In this document: in pieces, positions 1 through 7,347 of the stretch
Layout of the letters: each line of letters begins with the position of its first letter
Numbering within the stretch: the stretch's first letter is position 1
From: Oculatellaceae cyanobacterium bins.114
GTDB taxonomy: Bacteria > Cyanobacteriota > Cyanobacteriia > Elainellales > Elainellaceae
Direction: 5' to 3'
Length of the DNA stretch: 10,761 nt
Assembly: GCA_033764315.1 (NCBI GenBank)
Contig: JANRJA010000247.1
Location: forward strand, 1-10,761
Program-made: the position numbers and the translations under genes
Notes under the pieces: model-generated
The model's input: only the letters and a program-made list of their open reading frames with translations
What the model was told of the DNA's origin: nothing
Databases searched by the model: none

Positions 1-138
1 AACGAACACACTCATGGATGAACCGCTTTCGACGGTTATTAATTCGTTGGGAGAAGAAACCACAAAACTATCTAGCGATGATCCACCTTGCTTTTGCATG
101 TATTGCTATAAGGGCAATTCAGGTTTTCGGATAGGCTC
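1..138 (+). mobile_element. Right end of an IS5-family insertion sequence (probably IS1031-like group), truncated by the window edge
   Basis: Transposase C-terminus in frame 3. It ends in GGTTTTCGGATAGGCTC (122-138), which reads GAGCCTATCCGAAAACC inward on the minus strand, followed by TAA (139-141). A GAG-starting terminus with a TWA target fits IS1031-type elements. Confidence 0.85.
3..134 (+). CDS. IS5-family DDE transposase, C-terminal fragment (5' part outside window)
   Basis: Manual translation gives RTHSWMNRFRRLLIRWEKKPQNYLAMIHLAFACIAIRAIQVFG*. This matches the IS5 C-terminal (VE)RTxxWxxxFRRLxxRWE(K/R) pattern. The TAG stop at 132-134 lies inside the terminal repeat. Confidence 0.9.
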   Translation, partial: RTHSWMNRFRRLLIRWEKKPQNYLAMIHLAFACIAIRAIQVFG

Positions 139-708
139 TAACAACATTCCGGCAGGTTCAACATAACGAGCATTTCTGAGGGAGCCAGCGTCGATCGCTT
201 CCGTCTCCGTTTCCCGCAGCAGGTCAGCCACGATCGCCTTTGCTTCGGCATCATCGCCACAATAAAACACAGTGGGACTCTGTTCCCCAAACTGTCTAGA
301 CGGAGAATGCAACACTTCAGCAAATAACGGCATAGATTCCACTAATCGAGCACCGGGTGCCAGTTTAGCGATTTCTTCAGCCGCAGAGGTTGTTGTGCCC
401 ACAGCTAATCCGCTCATGTCAGGCAACAGTGCATTGACGCAGCTAAACAAAATTTTGCCCTCCAGGGAGCCTGCCTGCTGGAGCGCATCTTCGACAGCGG
501 CCCACGCCACTGACAGTACGACTACATCGGCAAACTGTACGGCTTCGGCGGGTGTGCCGGTTAGGGTATCTGCACTCACAGATGCGGCGGCAGCTTTTAG
601 CTTTTCTGGACTACGGGAATAGCTAAACATAAGTTGGTGCCCGTTCTTTGCCCAGAACTGCCCCATCCCTGTGCCCATGTTACCTGCACCAATGATGCCA
701 ATTTTCAT
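106..708 (-). pseudogene. NADP oxidoreductase / NADPH-dependent F420 reductase family protein, 3' end disrupted by IS5
   Basis: Rossmann motif MKIGIIGAGNMG, plus ADVVVLSV, GKILFSCVN, SAAEEIAK, FYCGDDAEAK and DAGSLRNARYVEP. The ATG at 708 has AGGAG upstream. The last 10 residues (EPIRKPELPL) and the stop are read from IS DNA. Confidence 0.8.
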
Positions 709-744
709 GCTTACTCCTGATGTCACTTTACTGATTAATTCGGA

Positions 745-1374
745 CTAATTAATTCGGGTGCGTTTTATAGGACGCTGTCGTGGTGTTGGATATAGCCATC
801 CTGCAAATAACTTAGTGACGCGCGGCATCACGATGTATGTCATGAGAGATACCATCAATCCAGTCACGATCAACGTGGTCAGTAATGATGGCAGGAAGTG
901 TAAAAGTGGAACCACGAATCGAGTCATCAAATTAATCAAGACAAAGATGGTTGCCCAGGTGATGACCAGCATTTTGTAACGAGGTGGCGGTGGCAATCCA
1001 GGTTGGGTTGGCAGTGTAAACCAGGTTTCTAGACCCGTGATCACAGAGGTTTGCCCCTGATCAACCGTGAGGTGACTGACTCGCTTTAGCAATTGTTGTC
1101 GAATTGCTGACGACTCCCACTGCTGAAGGTTGCTGACGTGGTCGAATTTGAATACAACTCGATAGTCAGGATGGGTGCTACCCCCCGAACGAAACACGTT
1201 CACCCCCAGATGACCCTCAAAGCTGCGAGAGGCGGTAATCAAATCCATCAGGACTTGCTCGAAAGCAGCTTCGCACCCTGGTTTGACGTGTTGAAGCACA
1301 TCAACGGTGACGGGAGGATCGTCAGCAGCATCACTGAAATGATTGACAGAATCTGAGATACTCAAGCCGCTCAC
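745..1374 (-). CDS. Antibiotic biosynthesis monooxygenase (ABM)-like domain protein with two C-terminal transmembrane helices
   Basis: Motifs VKPGCEAAFE, FEGHLG, VFKFD...LQQWESS..R, TGLETWF, PPRYKM, and LMTYIVMPRVTKLFAGWL. The GTG start overlaps the upstream TGA (GTGA, 1371-1374). Confidence 0.8.
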   Translation of the reverse strand: MSGLSISDSVNHFSDAADDPPVTVDVLQHVKPGCEAAFEQVLMDLITASRSFEGHLGVNVFRSGGSTHPDYRVVFKFDHVSNLQQWESSAIRQQLLKRVSHLTVDQGQTSVITGLETWFTLPTQPGLPPPPRYKMLVITWATIFVLINLMTRFVVPLLHFLPSLLTTLIVTGLMVSLMTYIVMPRVTKLFAGWLYPTPRQRPIKRTRIN

Positions 1375-2288
1375 TCTCCCAGTTGCAATCCTGGAATTCC
1401 GACATCCAGGCGAACGACCCGTCCAGGCTCAACCCCGGTCGGAGGTGGAAAAGACATCCCGCCATTGGTGGTGACATAAACGCTGGTGCGATCGCCCTCC
1501 CCTTTTCCAAATGCCAGAGCTGTGCTGCCTGACAGTCCTTCTGCGGCGGCGGCAATGATAGTGACCGTTCCCTCAGGGGCAATTCTGACAACACTGTTGT
1601 AAACGTGGGTGGTGCCGTAGAGGTTGCCCTGCTGATCAAACGCAAAATCATCCAGATTAATGGGCGTGACAAATACGCCCGGTTCACCTGGTTGACCATC
1701 CACGATCGGAATTTTGACAAGCTGCATTTTCTCGGTGTTGGACGCGTATAGCACTCCTTCAAAAATCTTCAGCCCATTCACTGCTGGAAATACTTGATCT
1801 GGAGAACTGCGAGCCAAGTGCGGGTGTTCGAGCCAAACCTGGACTGTTTTTTCAGATATATTCAGTTGCCAAATGGCTCCTTTGTAGGAGTCGGCAATTA
1901 AGAGGCGATCGCTGTCTAACAAAGTGATGCCATTCAGAAATAGAGCATCTGGTAATGTTGCTAAAACGCTGGTTTCCCCGGTGGGTGCGATCGTGAATAG
2001 GGTTGATACATTTTGCTCATCCCAGCCGCTCAGTAGCAGATTGCCATTGGGCAAAAAGGCAAGCCCCGTTGCTTTTCCGGCGATCTTGGCATGGAGAATG
2101 GGTGGGTGGTCTGCCTCAATTCGCCAGATGCTGCCATCGTAGTGACTGGTAATAAAAATCTTGTTGTCAGAACTGACCGCAATACTTTCTAGAAATGTGT
2201 TTACTGGAAATTCTGCGATCGCCTTTGCGGGGACCAAGGCAATTGGTGTTTCTGCAAAAATGGGGGGCAATCCTGGTGAATCAACCAT
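1371..2288 (-). CDS. SMP-30/gluconolactonase-like six-bladed beta-propeller protein
   Basis: Propeller blade motifs FLESIAV, FLNGI, LIADS, VNGLK and LDDFAFDQQGNLY, with E/N/N/D residues at the positions typical of central metal ligands. The ATG at 2288 has AGGA upstream; the track's TTG start at 2348 is less likely. Confidence 0.75.
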   Translation of the reverse strand: MVDSPGLPPIFAETPIALVPAKAIAEFPVNTFLESIAVSSDNKIFITSHYDGSIWRIEADHPPILHAKIAGKATGLAFLPNGNLLLSGWDEQNVSTLFTIAPTGETSVLATLPDALFLNGITLLDSDRLLIADSYKGAIWQLNISEKTVQVWLEHPHLARSSPDQVFPAVNGLKIFEGVLYASNTEKMQLVKIPIVDGQPGEPGVFVTPINLDDFAFDQQGNLYGTTHVYNSVVRIAPEGTVTIIAAAAEGLSGSTALAFGKGEGDRTSVYVTTNGGMSFPPPTGVEPGRVVRLDVGIPGLQLGE

Positions 2289-2535
2289 GCAAGTGTTTCC
2301 TGATTTACTTTTGTCAGTATCGCTAAAGACTACACCAGATTTACCCAAAGATGCTCAGATAGCTGGTGACGCTGGGAAATGGACATAGAAACTCCTCAAC
2401 TTGTATAGGCAATTGAACGCAGATCTTTTAGGGGTTAGCGTTAAACTCTTCTAAGATGAAGCGTTAAATCACTAGAAATTAGTAGTATCACGCGCCATCA
2501 ATCGTTACCAAATGGATACTGGCATCTTGTTGAGC

Positions 2536-3240
2536 ATGGCTAAAAAACAGTATGGTTGCCCGGTTGAGGTAACGCTCGACCTGATTGGGGGTAAGTGGAA
2601 ATGTGTAATTCTCTGGTGGCTGCGGCGAGAGCCAAAGCGGTTTGGGGAACTGATGCAGTTGCTATCGGGGATTAGTCAAAAAGTTCTAACTACTCAATTG
2701 CGCGAACTGGAAGCAGATGGGCTGATCAGTCGGCAGGTGTTTCCAGAGTCGCCACCCCGCGTGGAATATTCGCTCACTGCCTATGGTGAAACGCTACGAC
2801 CCATTACCAACTTGATGTGTGATTGGGGTAAAGCCCACAATCCTGAATTTCAGTTTGGCTTGATGTGCTTACGAGGATTGCGCATTTTGGTGATTGCAGA
2901 TGAACTCGTTAATCAACGACTAGAAGCTGAATTAGGTGAATTGAGGGGAGCCAATGTGATTGCAACTTCACGGGCGATCGCTCTCCAAACCTTGAAGGAC
3001 ATTAACCCAGATATTGTGTTAGTTGACTTTAGTATTGATGACAACTTTCGATCGCTTCATCAGCATCTCAAGGAGATAGCAGCAGATGCTTCAAAGCCTG
3101 TCCCAGCTATTGCATTAATAACTAACGAGTCAGAACGCGATCGCGCTTTCGCTCAAGGATTTCGTATTCATTTAATGGAGCCAGTGGAAATCTCAGAACT
3201 AGTAGCGGCGATCGCTAATTTGACGGGACGACTAGAGTAA
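2536..3240 (+). CDS. HxlR-family winged-helix transcriptional regulator fused to a C-terminal degenerate receiver (REC) domain
   Basis: HxlR signature: CPVEVTLDLIGGKWK, RFGEL, GISQKVLTTQLRELEADGL, PPRVEYSLT..G. REC-like part from about 2869: LRILVI, PDIVLVD, VPAIAL, GF..HL.EPV...ELVAAI. An alternative start exists at 2512. Confidence 0.88.
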   Translation: MAKKQYGCPVEVTLDLIGGKWKCVILWWLRREPKRFGELMQLLSGISQKVLTTQLRELEADGLISRQVFPESPPRVEYSLTAYGETLRPITNLMCDWGKAHNPEFQFGLMCLRGLRILVIADELVNQRLEAELGELRGANVIATSRAIALQTLKDINPDIVLVDFSIDDNFRSLHQHLKEIAADASKPVPAIALITNESERDRAFAQGFRIHLMEPVEISELVAAIANLTGRLE

Positions 3241-3420
3241 TCTCGGTGAGAATTTGAACTTGCTGAGCAGGGTAGGGAGAGGCGCGATCACCTGTCCTTG
3301 CTTGTTTGAACAATTCTGGCTAAAACGGATGCAAGCTCTTAGCTAACTTATCCACTCATGTCTTATAACAGACTTTTTAGAAGTGGGAAGACTAAACTTG
3401 TTCCTCACCTTTCCAGTATT

Positions 3421-5778
3421 ATGCTATCCACTCTCTATGCGATCGCTCTGCTGCTGGTTGTGTTTACCTTGCCTTATTTAATCGCTTTTTGGAATGTTCG
3501 CCACACTACAATGCGATGTATGCGAATCCAACCGGCGTTGGCAAAAGATATACCGAAGCATTTGAAGACAATCTTTAAAGCGGCGATCGCAGAGCTACAT
3601 CCTCACGGATTCAAGATGGTGAGTTGCCATCACATTGAGCAGGGATCTGAAAAAGAGGGGAACCAGTGGGGTGTGTTGCTGCAACATTCGTCGAGGTCAA
3701 CATACGCAGGGCTAGTGGTTCGTTCGCTGGTAGACAATGCAACTCCATTAATTCTCACATTCATCACATTTTTGGAGGATGAAACTCAGGTCACTACCAA
3801 TAACACGCCTTCCTTTAAATTTTATAGCCCCAATCCTCAAGAAATTACGCAATACAGTGAATCAGGAGCGATCGCCCAGCAGTGGCAGATGCATCAAGAG
3901 AAACTAGCAGAACTGAACCAGACTCGGCGATCGCTCGTTTTCTCTGTTGAGGCACTGTTAAAGCGACTAGAAATTCATAACCAAGCCAATATTGAACGGT
4001 TGGTCAACACCAAAGAGGTGAGTTGGGTCAAGCCCGCAGAGAGCTATCGGTTAAGTTGGTGGACATCAGCCAAGGCAGTCTATCAGATTGCTCGACGTAA
4101 ACCCACTACCCCACAGCAAGCCAATGCACAAACACTCGCCTCCTCAACTGCCACGGCAGCCACTCCTACAGTCGAGCTAGAAATTGAGGAATTTCATCGC
4201 TTGCAACAAAAAGAAAAAGACGGGCTGTCTCAACGTGGGAAGAATTGGCTGTTATTGGGGACTTTAGCGTTATTTATTGCCTCCTATTCACCTATTTTTG
4301 AACTACAAAAGTTATTGATTTTTGTTGTAGTGCTGCTATTTCACGAAGGCGGGCACGTTTTGGCAATGAAGATCTTTGGCTATCGTGACACGATCATGCT
4401 GTTTATCCCGTTTTTAGGCGCACTCGCAACCGCTCGTAAAGACAATGCCTCCCTGACTGAAAAATTCTGGATTTCATTGGCGGGGCCGCTGCCTGGTTTA
4501 ATATTGGGAATTACCCTGGCGATCGCCTTTGGTATTACTGATTTCACCGATCCTGATGCAGCCGCTGCCTGGTTTGAAGAAACAAACTGGATTCGAGAAA
4601 CCAGTTGGATGTTGATCTTCCTCAACTTGTTTAATCTATTGCCCATTTATCCACTTGATGGGGGACAAATTGCAGATTTGCTGTTGTTCTCCCGCAATCC
4701 CTATATTGGAGTTGTGTTTAAGAGCATCGGTGTTTTACTGCTGGGGCTATTGGGTTTGACAAATCCCTTGATGCTTGTTTTTGCGCTAATCATTGCCATT
4801 ACAATCCCCACGACATTTCGACTTGCCAAACTCAATAACCGCTTTCAAAAAGACTTGCGAGAACTCCCTCACGATGATCGCGATGGGTTACTTCAGTTTC
4901 TCTTCACTCGACTGCAAGAGCCTCCCTATCGATCGCTGCTGTTTGCCCAAAAATATCGGATGGTGGTTGGCTTGCTAGATACGCGCAGAGAATCCATTGC
5001 CAAGTGGCATGTCAGACTCAGCCTAACCGGGATCTATTTGGTCAGTCTCTTAAGTGGATTTGCAGGTGGACTGTATGCCTACGTGCCCAACTGGACTGTC
5101 TGGACAAGTATGGTGGATAGCTTAGTCTATCGAGAAGGAGCTTACCGCCACAAAATAGAGCAAGAAATGGAAGCAGCAGATCGGGCACTCCAAAACAATC
5201 CCAGAGATGAGCGGGCTTACCTGCAACGGGGCAGAGCAAGACTTTTTTTGCAAGACTATGAAGGGGCGATCGCTGATGCTAATCAAATTCTACAAATCAA
5301 CCCCAACTCTGGCGAAGCATATCAACTCAGGGGGATTGTCTATGAACGCATAGGCAACACATCATCTGCAACGAGCGACCAACAAAAGGGAATGGAGCTA
5401 ATCGCCCAACAACAGTTGGAGGAGCTAAATCAGACACTGATGCAAAACCCCAGAGATACGGAGGCATATCTCTATCGAGCCAATCTGTATTTAACGTTGA
5501 AACGTTATCAGGAATCGTTGGCGGATTGTAATCAGGTTTTGCTAATTGAACCTCAAAATGTGTGGGCAATATTGGCTAGAGGTGAAGTTTATCTGGCTGT
5601 GAACCAATATCCAGAGGCTCTTGGTAATGCTAATCATGCTTTACGTCTAGATGCTAATTCTGGTGATGCTTATGAGTTTCGTAGTCGAGTCTATCAACGA
5701 ATGGGAAATGAAACCGAAGCGATCGCCGATCAACAAAAGGCAGAGATCTTGTTTCAGCAAGAAGAGAGCGATTTATGA
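3421..5778 (+). CDS. Site-2 protease (peptidase M50) family membrane metalloprotease with N-terminal unknown domain and C-terminal TPR repeats
   Basis: HEGGH (4342-4356), ISLAGP and NLLPIYPLDGG (4633-4665) lie within hydrophobic helices. TPR motifs include AYLQRG..., AIADANQILQINP and AYLYRANLY. The start could also be 3358. Confidence 0.9.
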   Translation: MLSTLYAIALLLVVFTLPYLIAFWNVRHTTMRCMRIQPALAKDIPKHLKTIFKAAIAELHPHGFKMVSCHHIEQGSEKEGNQWGVLLQHSSRSTYAGLVVRSLVDNATPLILTFITFLEDETQVTTNNTPSFKFYSPNPQEITQYSESGAIAQQWQMHQEKLAELNQTRRSLVFSVEALLKRLEIHNQANIERLVNTKEVSWVKPAESYRLSWWTSAKAVYQIARRKPTTPQQANAQTLASSTATAATPTVELEIEEFHRLQQKEKDGLSQRGKNWLLLGTLALFIASYSPIFELQKLLIFVVVLLFHEGGHVLAMKIFGYRDTIMLFIPFLGALATARKDNASLTEKFWISLAGPLPGLILGITLAIAFGITDFTDPDAAAAWFEETNWIRETSWMLIFLNLFNLLPIYPLDGGQIADLLLFSRNPYIGVVFKSIGVLLLGLLGLTNPLMLVFALIIAITIPTTFRLAKLNNRFQKDLRELPHDDRDGLLQFLFTRLQEPPYRSLLFAQKYRMVVGLLDTRRESIAKWHVRLSLTGIYLVSLLSGFAGGLYAYVPNWTVWTSMVDSLVYREGAYRHKIEQEMEAADRALQNNPRDERAYLQRGRARLFLQDYEGAIADANQILQINPNSGEAYQLRGIVYERIGNTSSATSDQQKGMELIAQQQLEELNQTLMQNPRDTEAYLYRANLYLTLKRYQESLADCNQVLLIEPQNVWAILARGEVYLAVNQYPEALGNANHALRLDANSGDAYEFRSRVYQRMGNETEAIADQQKAEILFQQEESDL

Positions 5779-5811
5779 CATAAGGTTAAGCGTGCACTCT
5801 GCTTGACGAAC

Positions 5812-5871
5812 ATCAACCACCACGATTTGTTTGCCGCTGGCATCGTACTCGTAGGTCGTAAGCTGACCTTC
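5812..5871 (-). pseudogene. Relic of an RHS/YD-repeat gene (single repeat)
   Basis: The minus-strand frame reads EGQLTTYEYDASGKQIVVVD, matching the YD repeat pattern GxxTxYxYDxxGxxxxxxD. The open stretch 5773-5883 is bounded by stops and has no start codon before the motif. Confidence 0.5.
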
Positions 5872-6031
5872 CAGAATTGCCCGTCACCGTTAAAGCATCA
5901 ATTTAATCTAATATCGACCGGCTAGTACAGCTTCAGCATTTTTAAGAGGTAATTCTGATCACAGTAGTAAGTACATTGTGACCTTAAAAAAACGAACTTA
6001 ATACAACCAAATACTTTCAAGCGCGATCGCC

Positions 6032-7291
6032 CTAGCGTGACCAGGGGCCCCAAATCGCCAAGGTCATACCTGGGGTTTGAATATTGACAAACATCGTTTG
6101 TCCATCCGGAGAAAAGCAAACTCCAGCAAACTCTGCCGTGTTGAGAGCATTTTTAGCAAATGGGTAAAGCGACCCTGTTGGCGTAATGCCAATGATAGAA
6201 TCAGTCCCGTCGCCATCTTCACAAACAAAAAGATCGCCATTGGGAGCCATCACAATATTATCAGGATTGTCTAAAACACTGGCATTTTCAGGTTCCAGAT
6301 ACAACTCCAACGTGCTCCTAGCAGACAGATAACGCCAGATCTGCCCCTCACCCGTTCTGCCCCCACTGGTACAGCAAAAATAGATCTCACCATTGCCATT
6401 GATCATGCCTTCACCTCGCGCAAATTGAGCGGCTCCTTTGTTAAACCCCTCAACTCGAACGCTATCGCTATCTGGATCAGGAACATTGATTTGAACCCAT
6501 TCGACTGCCATAGGTTGTTGCAGCGGAAATCCAGATCGGGTGATGGCTTGCGGCATGTCTACAAGCTTCAACGCATAGAGCACTCCTCCGGCTCTTAGAT
6601 GCCCCGGCTCTGTTGGCACAAACCGATACAACAGCCCGTCTTCTCGATCTTCAGTCATGTAGATGTCGCCCCTGGCATCCACCGCCACCGCTTCTCGGCG
6701 AAATCGCCCCATTGCCCTCAACGGTATCGGGTCTACAAACTGGGTGGCACGGCTCGGCACTTCAAACACATAGCCGTGTTTTTGGTCACCCCTCTCTACA
6801 CTCTCCTCACAACTCAACCATGACCCCCAGGGGGTTGCTCCTCCAGCACAGTTGCGATCGGTGCCTGCCAATGAGCCAAAGTGACTGATTAATCGGTGAT
6901 TAGCATCCATGACTAACGTAGTGGTGCCACCACGACCTCTCGCGTCATAGCGTTTGTCATGAGGTGCTCTGACCAGAGTAGGGGCGATCGCATCTAATTC
7001 ATGGTTACGCACTAAAATCGTCGTGCCGTTGTTTCCGGCAAAGGCGGCCATGCCATCGTGACCCCCCGGCACAGGGTAGCCATCCGTCATCAGTTGCCCT
7101 GTTTCAGACAATCGGGTGTAAGAAAATCCAGCAGGCAAATCTAAAATACCGTTCGGATCAGGTTTCAAAGAGCCATAAGGCAATGTTGCAGAGGCTTGTT
7201 TTTGATAAACAGCCTGAAGCGGAGCCAGCAGCAAAGCACCTGTCATTCCAGTCCCTGCTAGCGTAAAAAACTGTCGTCGTGATAAAGCCAT
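6032..7291 (-). CDS. phoX: PhoX-family (DUF839) alkaline phosphatase with Tat signal peptide
   Basis: Twin-arginine leader SRRQFF. Motifs HDGMAAF, LVRNHE, GTDRNCAGGATPWGSWLSCEE, HGYVFEV, MGRF, YMTED, FARGEG, PDNI, CEDG and EFAGVCFSPDGQTMFVNIQTPG. Confidence 0.88.
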   Translation of the reverse strand: MALSRRQFFTLAGTGMTGALLLAPLQAVYQKQASATLPYGSLKPDPNGILDLPAGFSYTRLSETGQLMTDGYPVPGGHDGMAAFAGNNGTTILVRNHELDAIAPTLVRAPHDKRYDARGRGGTTTLVMDANHRLISHFGSLAGTDRNCAGGATPWGSWLSCEESVERGDQKHGYVFEVPSRATQFVDPIPLRAMGRFRREAVAVDARGDIYMTEDREDGLLYRFVPTEPGHLRAGGVLYALKLVDMPQAITRSGFPLQQPMAVEWVQINVPDPDSDSVRVEGFNKGAAQFARGEGMINGNGEIYFCCTSGGRTGEGQIWRYLSARSTLELYLEPENASVLDNPDNIVMAPNGDLFVCEDGDGTDSIIGITPTGSLYPFAKNALNTAEFAGVCFSPDGQTMFVNIQTPGMTLAIWGPWSR

Positions 7292-7347
7292 AAACTTTAT
7301 TCTAACCTTGGAGGGTTACGCCTAAAACTGTGTACAGTAATACATGG

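Noticed and set aside
106..708. Inference that the host uses coenzyme F420
   Set aside because: This family is widespread in bacteria that lack F420, and no F420 biosynthesis genes are in the window.
138..2388. Alternative ORFs 138-323, 272-622, 758-979, 1138-1356, 1331-1762, 1924-2142 and 2161-2388
   Set aside because: Antisense or off-frame shadows of well-supported genes, with no recognisable motifs.
3302..3313. Short palindrome TTGTT-TG-AACAA upstream of the protease
   Set aside because: Too short to distinguish from chance.
7292..7347. Pho box upstream of phoX
   Set aside because: Only isolated TAACC half-sites in inverted orientation; no 11-bp-periodic direct repeats.
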